Below are positions 27,641 through 39,399 of a DNA stretch of 64,000 nucleotides, in pieces. A program made the position numbers and the translations under genes. The number at the start of each line of letters is the position of its first letter. Position 1 is the stretch's first letter. Source of the DNA: Octopus vulgaris (taxonomy: Eukaryota); assembly GCA_951406725.2 (NCBI GenBank), contig OX597817.1:103044001-103108000 (forward strand), read 5' to 3'. The notes under the pieces were generated by a model that searched no databases, was not told the origin of the DNA, and worked only from the letters and a program-made list of their open reading frames with translations.

Positions 27641-29107
27641 TGTAGGCTTTCAGTAACTGTATTTTTTAATCATTTATTTTTATATATACACTTACAAATT
27701 AAAATTAAACCATATCCAGTAATTTCCTGAAGAGGAAGATCAAGTTATATTTAAAAAAGATTTTGTATTTTGTTCCATAAGCAAAATATCGTAATTAACA
27801 GTTTATGTGTACATTGACTGACGCTTTTGTGTTTTCCAGGTCAAAAAGTTATTTTGACTGCAAAAAGTGGAAGTGGTATCATAGACAATTAACGCTTACC
27901 ATGCCATACGTCTAAAAGTAGATGAACTTGATGAATTGCACTAGAGATAGTTTTTATTTGAAAAATGTGTTAGCAGTGACAAACTTAAGTACATTCCAGA
28001 GGTAATGATGAGGGTCTTCAGCGTGTTTCATATCATCACTACATCCAGATACAATTAAAATATTTGGTGGCTCCAACTGCTATAATGAAGTTGGTGGATC
28101 CAACTTCATTATAAAAATTGAATAGTTTAGAGTAGTATTTCTCATTAGAGTTGAGTTGTGAGTGTTGAGAAAAAGGTAATCAACCTTTCATCTTTAAAGA
28201 AATTAAGATGGTTTTGAATTTCAAATGAACGCAAAAAACTTCGTTTCACGCTGCTTCAGTCCACTCGGCTATAAGTGGGTGACCGTGTAACAGATTGGTG
28301 TACGAGCGTGAGGTGTTGACTCAAGAAAGTCAGCCGAAAGGAGGAAGGTCTTGCGAGACACGTTTTATATTCAGCGATCGAAAGGATGAACAGTACAACC
28401 CGTACTGTGAATCCCGAGTGGTTGGGATTGATTGTTCAACCATGTCGAATGTTAATTAATGAACACAGATGAATCTGCGATGACTACAATGCTACCAATA
28501 TTTGGGACATATACCTAAATCCACACGGACAAATTCCCAGGGTTCACAAACAGGTCGTGTATCATTCTTTTATTAGACGCGGTCTAAACATTTGACTGTC
28601 ACAGTATTTAATAAATTTTTCAATGGAGTAAGCCAAACCATGCTTGTCGCTAAGGTGGTGGGTAGGGGCACTGGACGGCACTACACCCTCAAATTTAGAA
28701 AATGCAGTTTCCAAAAATCTTCTCGCAATACTAATTAGTGCCCGCCAAGAATATTCTGAAACAACCCCAGGCACCAAAGTCTGCCGACGGGCCAATACTA
28801 AACATAGAATCGTGCTTTCTTAGTCATTTGTCTATATCAGTGTCATGTATTCTAGTCAATATCGAGGCTCTATAAGGAGGTAGAAAAAATGGGCGATTTT
28901 TATGATTAACTATTTTCACACATAAAAAACTCCTTAGAAAATGATTCCTCCAAATTCGAAACTGATTCCTTATTTTATTGTTGTATTCTTTCCTTTATTG
29001 GTATCCAATTGTTTGTGAATGTTTTGAATCAGTAAGGAATCAATATCCTGCTAAGAATTAGTATATTTTTGTAAAGGTGAAAGTAAGAAAGTTATATACC
29101 ATTATCA

Positions 29108-29560
29108 TTATTTCTGTTGTATGTCAAACGGCAGAAGAGCATCAACACGTGGAATACTTTTGTTAAGAATATGCTTAATGATGAAATCATATTGCAAAAT
29201 AATTATGCCCCACCTGGCTATTTGAAATGAAGCACGTCGAGACACATCTAGATCCTTCACAAAGAGTGTTTTTAAAGGTTGATAGTTTCCAAACAAAATT
29301 ACTTTCCTGAAAAAAAGTGCTACAAGGTATCTGCACACTATTACTACTGCATAGGCCACCTTTTCAATGTTTGGCTAATTCTTTTGTGACTGAATCAAGT
29401 TGTGACTTACAAAATCTACTGAGTGTCCTTCCTGAGATAATATTTCAGCCACGACAATTTTTGATACATTTACAATAAGAATATTCATTTTTTTACCCCA
29501 TTGAATATGGCTTGTGGAGGGAAAGCTTGACAGTTTTTGCTAAAATGGACGGGTTTTCTC
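29108..29560 (-). mobile_element. Ty3/Gypsy pol RNase H fragment, decayed
   Basis: ILFGNYQPLKTLF...IARWGIIILQYDFIIKHILNKSIPRVDALL matches the LxTDHKPL...RLQRWxxxLxxYDFxIxYxPGxxxxxADALSR pattern. Confidence 0.7.
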
Positions 29561-29564
29561 AAGC

Positions 29565-31700
29565 GCAGCATATTGCCATTCTTCTCAGTTCTTTGTCATC
29601 TCTTCTGTGAGGCTCAACATCTTGAGGTCGGTCTTCACTAGTTCATCCGAAACCTTCTTGGGTTTCCCTCTTTCGCAGGTTTTATCCACGGCACTTCTTT
29701 ATTCACCTGTTCTCATCCTCCGCATCATATGACCATACCAGCACAGTTTTGTCTCTTGCACACCATATCTGATGTCTCTTATGCCCAATTTTTCTCTCAA
29801 CATATACACTTTGTCGTACATACACACTGATGACACAATGCACTTCTAGCGGACATGCTAGCTAGCCCCATTTCATTCAAGTTTTCGTTTGTCCTCTGCA
29901 TTTATAGCCCGTTTCACAACCACTTAGCACTGCTAGTTGTACACAAGCATCGTACAAACATCCTTTCACTCTGAGAGATAGGCCTATTTGTTACCAACAG
30001 AGGTAACTATTCTCTGAATTTTCTTTAGCTAGTTCTTATTCTAGCAACTATACTTTCAACAATGTTTCCTCCACCTAGATAATATAGAGTGGCCCAGAAG
30101 TCACGAAGGAGTTTCAATATTTAATATCTCATTTCTTTTGTTTAAAAATTGTGATATTTTAGTTGGTAAATTATAAAAAAGGGTGTGAGATTTTTTTCCC
30201 TAGGTGTGAAAGATGATATCTTTTAAATGGCGTCCATTTTCCAATTCGCATAAACATGCTCTTTCTATAACAGACCTTAACGTTTGTGGCTACAGTGATC
30301 TGATTTCTGAAACAATGTTATTTTTTAAGTCTGCAATTTTCCTTAAGATAATCCCATAGAAAAAAGTTTGGAGAACGAGATAGATCTCTTGCTAATTCTT
30401 GGAATCTTGTGGCATATCATAATATAGCAGCATAATCTGGTTCTTCCAGCTGTTGCACCAATTGGATTTCATATGGTAAAAGTTCCATTGTTTTTAAAAT
30501 TCGTTAGAGCAATATCCTGTAGACTCCAATTTGTCCAGAGTGTCTTCGCGTTGATGTTGTCGGGTCTTCTTTAATACTCTCCCCCATACGCCTGACCGTG
30601 GCTTCATTTCTAACGGAGCGAGGTCTGCCTTTTCTTGGAAGGTCACTTACTGATCCTTGATCCTCAAAACAAATTAATCGCTTGACGATTGATTCACTTG
30701 GACAATTCATTGCTCCATAATGACAACGATATGCTCATTGAATCCGAATTATTGATCCTTGATTTTGATAATGAAATTTCACAATATATGTGTTCGCTGT
30801 TCAGTAGTATACTTTTCTACGCTTAAATTTTAGAGTCTTCTTCATATAAATCTGAAATAAAATAAAAATTGAATAATTATTTTAAAAGTTATTAAATATT
30901 GAAACCCCTTCGTGACTTCTGGGCCACCCTGTAGAAACTACTAGCTCTGAGGATCCTTCTGAACATTCTAGAATATCTACTTCTCGTGTGCTCTTAGGGT
31001 TTATTATATCTACGCAACAGCCACAAACAAAAATTATTTTCTCGGTTACATTTCCTGTGATTCCACTGCAGCTCATGTGTTCATAGCTTGCACTGAGTGC
31101 ACTTTATAAAATTTCTACCTACGCCTCTTCTAAATATCGAAAAGGGTCATTTACCTAACGGGATTGGCATCCTGTTTTCCAGCAGCCTAACACTCCAGTC
31201 TTCGTTAAGTTAACTTTAAGACCCTTTGATTTCAGGCTCAGTTTTCACACCTGGAATTTTATTTTTAATTCTACTGCAGTTTCAGCTATAAGAAACATGT
31301 CATCAGCATAGAGGAGTTTCCATGGGCAATTGGTCTTAAAATCCTCTGTTATGGCCTGGAGGACTATGATAAATAGATGGGGAATGACAGGCGAACCCTG
31401 GTGAACTACCAGCACACTAAATTCAATACTGTACACATAAACTCTCAGTGTACTGACAGCATCCCTGCACATGGCTCTAACAGTTCTCACTAGATTTTCA
31501 TCTACCTTTAGTTCCCTCAGTGACTACCAGATCAAGGAGTGTGGAACCCTGATGAACGCCTTCTCCACTTCGATGAATACTAATTACACTGATTTACTTT
31601 TAGCTAAATACTTCTGCAGTTGAAGTAAAGAGAGCATTAAGTAGTACTTTTTCCTGGTGCGAAACCAAAACTGCATCTCTTCTAGGTTAACTTTGCCTAA
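29565..31700 (-). mobile_element. Decayed RTE LINE interrupted by a DNA transposon
   Basis: Alignable by eye to the RTE at 50466-53057 (VHQGS, PWKLLYADD); resumes after the TA at 30932. Confidence 0.85.
30085..30931 (-). mobile_element. Internally deleted Tc1/mariner-superfamily element (maT/DD37D-like)
   Basis: ~40 bp TIRs CAGGGTGGCCCAGAAGTCACGAAGG.GTTTCAATATTTAATA, TA TSD, and an HTH fragment FEDQGSVSDLPRKGRPRSVR. Confidence 0.85.
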
Positions 31701-32940
31701 TTAAGTGAGCTGTAACCCATCTGTCTGACGCATCTCATTATATACTAATTCTTGGCAGGATATTGATTCCTTACTGATTAAAAATATTCACAAACAATTG
31801 GATATTAACAGCCTATATAATAAAAAAAATAAAGGAAAGAATACAGCAATAAAATAAAGAATCAGTTTCGAATTTGGAGGAATCATTTTCTAAGGAGTTT
31901 TTGATGTGTGAAAATAGTTTATCATAAAACCGTTCGGTATGATACCTTCCGGTACAACCTGATTAACATACAGGTGACTAGAACGTATCCCACTACGCCA
32001 AATATTTTAAGCAACTCAACGGTAATTCCGAATAGACCAGAAACTTTGCCTGTCTTCATATCCTTAATTACTTTGTATATCACATTGCTGTCAACAAGAA
32101 TTCTTGGACCTTTTTGTCGGGTTCACATTAGGAAGATTCTCTTTCTTCCATTCATTCTCTTCGTTTAGTAGTCTTTCATAATAACACCTCTATCTCTCTC
32201 TTCCCAGAATCATTAAGTACACTAAGAGTACTTATCTTTCCGCACACTCTTCTCTCCTACAACATCTTGACTCTGATACACTGCCTTGCAATCCGGAATA
32301 CCTTTGATTCTCACGCCTCTCTCTTTCTGCTTCTTCCTTTGCTAAATAGCCGCAAGCAGACCTACGATCAAAGATATGTCCACTATGACCATCCTGTGCT
32401 GTTTTTTTTCTTTCCTTTTTTTTATACATTATCCAATGTTACCTTGCCTTTTAATTTTTTAATTTAAACGTGGTACAGTGTGGTTTGCGACAGATTTGGC
32501 TGTAATTTCTGGCTGGTTGAGTAACCAAGACGGGTTTCCTTGTGGGCTCATGGAGTTTGCTGGTTAGTGGTACAGGTAGTACAAATAGTGATAGAGTACT
32601 GGTCAGTTGTATTATATAACTAGTTTTCATTTATTAAACTGTTGATCACATCAACATCATTAGATATTTCTGTCAGCTACTTATTTTATTGATCCTATTT
32701 ATAAAATGTCTATAGTAAAAGGAAGACTTTTAAGGTACATATTCAATCAAATTTAAGCACCTAACTATTGTTGAAGCATTGTGATTATTCGACAACTGGA
32801 CATTGTACAAAGACTGACACGATTTATCACGTGTTTTTTTTTTAGCTATTGTTTTGCTTTGAGCTTAGGAAAGTTGGGCAAATGTTTATCAACTTTTGGG
32901 TTATTTTTAATGCATTAGATATCTTTCATGACGCATTGTA

Positions 32941-33270
32941 CAGTACCATGCAAAAGTCTTCGGCCACTTTAAACTATTGTAAATTTCTACTATTTGCCAA
33001 CTTATAAGTGGATGTTTCGCATTGCGTTTTTTACAGATGAAACATTGACCCTGTTGGAGTCATTTCCATACAAAATCATATTTTGTAGTAGGGGTTCTGA
33101 ATGAGAGGGGAAGATGCGAGACGAACACCAAAAATGGCCGTGCGAAAGTTTTCGGCCACCTCACATAAACCAATCAAGATACTGTGTTTTAAAACAGAAA
33201 AATGTCTATAATAAAAACTTATTACACAATGTTCATTTCAAGAAGTTACTGTACATTGTTAATATTTCAT
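32941..33270 (+). mobile_element. One-ended Tc1-like terminus with an inner direct repeat
   Basis: TA|CAGTACCATGCAAAAGTCTTCGGCCAC, with inner repeat TGCGAAAGTTTTCGGCCAC at ~33141. Confidence 0.5.
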
Positions 33271-33289
33271 GTGGCTTCAATGCGCTTAG

Positions 33290-33837
33290 GAAGAATAAGT
33301 ACTAGGCTTCCAAAGAACAAGTCCTGGGATCGATTTGCTTGACTAAAGGCAGTCCTCCAGCACGGCCGTAGTCAAATGACTGAAACAAGTAAAAGAATAT
33401 AAGCGTAAAAGAAGAAAAGAATAATAGAATATATATATTATCTTTTCTTTTTTACTTGTTTCAGTCATTTCACTGCAGCCATGCTGGTGCACCGCCTTTA
33501 GCTGAACAAATCGACCCCAGGACTTATTCTTTGTAAGCCTAGTACTTATCCTATCGGTCTCTTTTGCCAAACCATTAAGATAACGAGATGTAAACACACC
33601 AACATCGATTGTCAAGTGATGGTGGGAGGACAAACTCAGACACACAAACATACACACTCACACACACATTTATAAAACGGGCTTCTTTTAGTTTCGATTC
33701 ACCAAATCCACTCACAAGGTTCTGGTAGGCTTGAGGCTATAGTAGAAGACACTTGCCCAGGGTGCCATGCAGTAGGACTGAATCCAGAACCATGTGGTTG
33801 GTAAGCAAGCTACTTACCACACAGACACTCCTGCACC

Positions 33838-33838
<1 letters not shown>
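33290..33838 (-). mobile_element. SINE family A full length (33441-33838, minus), tail-to-tail with a plus-strand 3' fragment (33290-33400)
   Basis: Head AGGTGCAGGAGTGTCTGTGTGGTAAGTAGCTTGC on the minus strand; the two tails are inverted. Confidence 0.85.
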
Positions 33839-33873
<35 letters not shown>

Positions 33874-34725
33874 CACATACATATATATATATAGAGAGAG
33901 AGAGATAGACAGACATACAGGCAGATATATATACCTAATCTAATCTTCTAATAATATATAAAATAGAGATGTGTGCATATTCATTTTTCAAACAAAACAG
34001 CTTCACCAATTGCTCTCATGCTTGTGATGCATGAATAATTTGACCTCGGACAAATAATAGGCTATTCATTAAATTTTTTTATTTAAAATTATTAAAAATA
34101 AAAAATATTGCTTTTTATATTACATTCACGTCTTTGAAAGTTTTAAGAAGATTCACTTCTAGTATCAGTGGCGTAAACATATCTTTTTATGTATATCTCT
34201 CTATTCATCTCTCTCTATCTATATCTATCTCTCTCTAATATATATCTGTATGTATCTATATCTCTTGTTTTCACTTTCATTTTTCTTACGCTTTTTCACT
34301 TTCAATTTTCATACACCATTGTTTAATTTCCATGTTATTGTTTTCACTGTAAGTCTAAGTTTTGAATTACTATTTACAAACAAACAACACAAATTACTGA
34401 TGTAAGTAATTTCATAATTTACTGACAGAAGTATCTTCATAAATTTTACTTCAATCTGTACGATTTTGTGTATTTCTGTTGTCGACGGTTTCTTTCTTGT
34501 TCCTTCAATACTGGCTCTTTGGTTCACTGAGTGACAAATTTCACTTCAACCCATTCAATATTTTATTTTCCGTTAAAATTTACTTTCTGCGCATAATATT
34601 AAGAAACATAATTTCCGTTACGAAGTTATTTTCATTGTTTACTATCTTCTGCACACATGTATTTCTGTATACATATATAACCATGCCTAGAAGGCATGTG
34701 TCAAATTTGTTGGCATAATTACTGA

Positions 34726-37700
34726 TTATCTACCCCACCACATTGTTTCATATATCCTTTTCGCTCCGTCCACTTTTTCTACTTTAGCCTCTGACTGAAA
34801 ATAAAGTACAAGGGCATCCCACTGTTCTATTAGAACGTTAATTACATTTTCACGCAACAACCATCTAGTTTGCGAAAGCTTTGGAATCTTGTTTTCTTTT
34901 GTGCCAACAACACTATTGAAGTCATTTTGACGTTTGCTACTTCGAGAAAAGTAAAAAGTTAAGTCCTTTAAAAAGGACTCGAGATACGAAGGTAACACCT
35001 TCACTGCATGACTTGAACAAAATGCAAACGAATGGCAAACACAGCCGATCGTTTCTCAATAACTTTTGAAACCTGCTCTTGTTACCCATCATTGTTGAGC
35101 AATTGTCACTGGCAAATCCAAGTATGCTGCTCGTAGATACATCTTTCGTAAGAGTAAACTTGACAGCATCATACAAACCCTGAGACGAATCATTTTCTAC
35201 TACAATTGCATCCGGAAAAGCATCCGTTCATCAAAAAAAGCGAACAACTATTGCTATGATTTTTGTCACTGAGATCTCCGTACTTTCATCTATCAATAAT
35301 GAAAACTTTTGTTTCTTGAGAACTTCCAAGATTTCATTTTGTTAACAATGTGCAATTTCGTCTTGCATAATGTATGTTAATTTTTTTTTTTCATTTGTAG
35401 ATTTTTTAGCTATTTCACTATCGGGAAAGGCCCTTTTACAAAGTGATTTATATAGATGAAAGGTACGTGATGTTCAGCAACATAACATATTAGTAGCAAA
35501 TCTACCTTAGCTACTTTTTCATTTAATGTATCATCTGTGTTATTTAACAATAAATGAATCTAATTTAATAGCAGATTTCGCACAATCAAAAGCTTTCTTT
35601 TGTTTGGCAGTGTTTTTATGAGCTATCAGCATTGATTTTTTAGCATTTTGCAACACAACGTTGCAACAAACGTAAGTAGCGGGTGTTAAGATTTTTATCA
35701 TCTTGTCGTAACCAATCTTTAAGCTCAGTATCCTCCAACCACGACTTCTTGAAATTTTGGGTGTATCACTTCCTCTTTTTGGACGCACTATTATCTGCCA
35801 TTACTTCGCAAAGGGTTACAAAACAAAAACACTCACTCAAAATGTTGTTAGACAAATTTTAAATCGCGAGTAACAATCGAAGCTGTCAAATGGCGGTGTC
35901 AGAGTTTCAGACAAGTGTACAACCGGCCAGAACACACCCCGTGGTAAGATCCTCTTTTCCAGCCCCATTTTGCTCTTCAGATGATATCTGAAGTAAGTGA
36001 GCAAGCCGGGGCCCGAGACAAAGGATCATATCGCGACTCCTTCCATTCTTGTTCGCCACATGCATTCTTTTACTACTGCAACCGTGCAGTGAAAACATGC
36101 CTCACCTTCCTTCGAGAGTCCAGTTGGCGGTATCATCTTAATCATAGACTCAGCCGACAGCTGTACTCGTCCCAGATGCGATAACACGTGTTCTGCGTAA
36201 CTTATCAAGTCGGACAACTTCCGACAGTGTACAAAAGCGTGCTGGACGGTTTCATCGTCCAACTCGCACCTTGGACACGTCGGTGGCACTGAAATTCCGT
36301 GCCGCGATAACTTCTCGCGAACAGGTAAAGCATTCCTATAGCACTGCCAGGCCAGGGATCTTTGGAAATTATCCAAATACCCCGTCCCGAAAGTCTTTTT
36401 AAACAGGTTGATAAGCTGGTCTTCGTCAAACCCCAGAGCCCCTCCTAAGACGTCGTCGTTCTTTGCCTCTACCAGCCTTCTGTAAAATACCGAGGTGGTA
36501 TTTCCGCAGCCGGCCTTGCCCACCTTGTGGATCAGCGTGAGTGCCTGTCGGCACTCCTTTTGCCATGAAGTCAGTTTCCATCTTTTGATGAGACCGGGTT
36601 TAAAATTCACTAAGGAGGCCGGTCTCGGGAAAAATCCCCCTGCCAGCGGACTCCACACCTTATCACCCTCCAGGTGGTGCCAGAGATGCTTCAGCCTCAA
36701 CGCATGTCTGCGCATCATCAACCAAGGCATTCCTAACCCACCCTTTAACGGTTCCTGGCAGCAAACGGAGCCCCTCACAAGTGGCTTTCCTCCCTTCCAC
36801 AAAAAGCGGAAAAGGATTCGCTCCAACTTGCTAAGCCATGAATCGGGGCAAGGGACAACGGTCAGGCGGTAAGTGATTACAGATGCAATGAACATCTGTA
36901 CCACCTCCACCCTTCCTTTCAAGGACAGAAACCTTCTGGACCAGGTCCGTACTATGGCCTCCACCTTGCTCGTCACTTCACTCCAGTTCCTCTCCGTTTG
37001 GGAGTCTGGCCCAAACCAAACTCCTAGCAACTTAACAGGGCCATCCGTCCAGTGTCCCACGACACTGGACGATATCGACTTGCTCCTCCAGGTGCCGAGG
37101 CGCAAGCCAACCGACTTGTCCTTGTTAACCTTTGCTCCTGCCACCACCTCGTATCCTCTGATAGCCTCTTCCACACAAGGTAGCTGGGCCTCATTGGACA
37201 CGATGAGGGTGACGTCATCCGCATAAGCAGTAACCGTCCTCCCACCTCCGATCTCATCCGAGTTACTTCCCAGCCTCTCCAACTTTCGCAGCAATGGCTC
37301 AAGAGCCAACACGTACAAAAGTGGTGACAAGGGGCACCCTTGACGAACTGAACATTCGATCGAAAACGGTTCCGTTAGGTAACCGTTTATCTGGACGGTG
37401 GACTTGATGCCGCTATACATAGCGGAGATCCACCCGCGAAATTCAGGGCCCAGTCCAGCCGCTTCGAGGACCGTCGCCAGGTACTCATGGTCTACCCTAT
37501 GAACGCATACGATCGGTAATTACGTCACATACAACATTTGTATCGATAAATTCGTTACGTGAGATGATTATGGATGATATATAAAGAAAGTTTACAAAGT
37601 ATTAGAAGAGGTACAACTTTGGTACAGATTGTATACAAAGAGTATGACACCGAATTCTCTTTAAAAGATAAGTTTGCAGCCAAAACTAACTTAAAAATCC

Positions 37701-37787
37701 ATATTTAATGTAAATTTGGAAATTAAAACCCATCATTGCTCAAAAAAACCCAGACCTGGGTGGAAAAACCCATCAGTGGCATTTCTG
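34726..37787 (-). mobile_element. Decayed hAT (Tip100/Zaphod-like) transposon, 3' part missing; transposase ATG at 35801
   Basis: Terminus CAGAAATGCCACTGATGGGTTTTTCC; zinc-finger remnant (CVCC..L..H..TAK), IDESTEIS, GFASDNCSTMMG, KLSQTRWL; frameshifted. Confidence 0.8.
35906..37500 (-). mobile_element. Tx1/L1-clade LINE ORF2 internal fragment (RT + zf-RVT)
   Basis: 464-aa ORF with VRQGCPLSPLLY, AYADDVT, LSLKGRV and CPRC..ETVQHAFVHC; visibly more GC-rich than its flanks. Confidence 0.92.
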
Positions 37788-38245
37788 TCTGTGTGTGTGC
37801 GTGTGTGAAAAATAGAAGTTGAAAATGCACTGCGAATAGTTAGAATATTTTTTGCTAAAATATTTGAAGCTTTAACAGGTTTCACAGTTTACACAGATTT
37901 TCAAAAAGTTCAAGTGAAAGACATGGTTTATATTGCAGCTGCCTTGCTTCTGACTAGTGCTTGAAGTTTGCCCTATTTTTATTGGGATTTTGTTCCGGCT
38001 TCTGGAATATCATGTTTCTATAGTTTTACATAACTGGTTGAGGGTTTGGACAACTGCTGTTTCTTCCGTTTTCCTTCCTTCTTCAAGCATTTCTTTAGCG
38101 GTCTGCATACCGTTGGTTTTCCTGTATAAAACTGTGAGCTTGAAGGAGATCTGTTTCAGTTCTTTTAGTATCACTAGGTTCAATGTACTTTCACTTTGAT
38201 TGGATTTTTGTTCCTCGTGTGGTGAGTATATATATAGAAAACAAT

Positions 38246-39141
38246 GTTATTTTATTCCACATGGGTAGTTGAAAATACACTGAGAATAGTCAAAATATTT
38301 TTTATTAATATATATGAAGCTTTAACCAGTTTCACAGTTTACACTGATTTTCAAAAAGTTCAAAAAAATGTTACTTCTGACTAGTGTTTGAAGTTTGCCC
38401 TGTTTTTATAGGTAGTTCATAGCTTAAATTAGTATGTTTTCAATAGGATTTGCTTGACAGAGGATAGTCACATGACTGGTCTTAGAAATTTTTGTAGGTT
38501 CCCGCTACCTATGTCCATGTGTTAGTATCAAGTGACAATGTTTGGTGTAGTAAGTTAAGGCTGACACAGTTGACTGAACATGCCCAAAGAATCAATACTC
38601 TGAATGTTTTCTGTCAGGTGTTTGTAGAGAATGAACACATGATTAAGCTTATAGCCTTTTGTACGTTTCCTGCTATGTCTGTACATTAGTGTCATAGCAC
38701 AGACATAGCAGGAAACGTACAAAAGGCTATAAGCTTAATCGTGTGTTCATTCCCTACAAACACCTGACAGAAAACATTCAGAGCATTGATTGTTTGGACT
38801 TGTTCAGTCAACCGTGTCAGCCTTAACTTACTATGCCAAACATTGCCACTTGATACTAATACATGGACATAGGTAGCGGGAACCTACAAAAATTTCTAAG
38901 ACCAGTCATGTGACTATCCTCTGTCAATCAAATCCTATTGAAAACATATACTAATTTCAGCCATGATCTCCCTACAAAAACAGGGGAAGCTTCAAACACT
39001 AGTCAGAAGCTAGATAGCTGCGTGAAAATCAGTGTAAACTGTGAAACCGGTAAAAGCTTTAAATATTTTAGCAAAAAATATTTTCAGTGTATTTTCAACT
39101 TCTATTTTTCCTATATTTCTATCTGTGTGGAATAAAATAAC
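38246..39141. repeat. Long palindrome (~440 bp arms 38246-38682 / 38699-39141, 16-nt spacer); extra partial arm copy at ~37808-37985
   Basis: Arms are near-identical reverse complements, e.g. GGTCTTAGAAATTTTTGTAGGTTCCCGCTACC / GGTAGCGGGAACCTACAAAAATTTCTAAGACC. Confidence 0.95.
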
Positions 39142-39143
39142 TT

Positions 39144-39174
<31 letters not shown>

Positions 39175-39399
39175 CACACAGTAAAATACATACATTAGGT
39201 AGAATGAATAGTAAATAGAACTCAATTAGTTAATATATTCTTTTAATCAGCAGAAAATTTACCAAAGTGATTCAAGACCTGAGAGTTTTATGCACGGCAC
39301 AGATGTGCAAAACTCTTGAGTTACTTTTGTAATTTTTCTGCTAATTAAAAGAATATATAAATACAAACATTTTGTCTTGAACCTTCAACCCCTTGAGAG

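Larger units (their letters stand above)
28894..31932. repeat. Dispersed inverted repeat pair (28894-29065 / 31741-31932)
   Basis: CTCCTTAGAAAATGATTCCTCCAAATTCGAAACTGATTC...CAGTAAGGAATCAATATCCTG and its reverse complement. Confidence 0.85.

Noticed and set aside
36205-37302. Overlapping and antisense ORFs in Tx1 (and similarly at 51528-52884 in the RTE)
   Set aside because: Shadow frames of GC-richer retroelement coding sequence, with no recognisable motifs.
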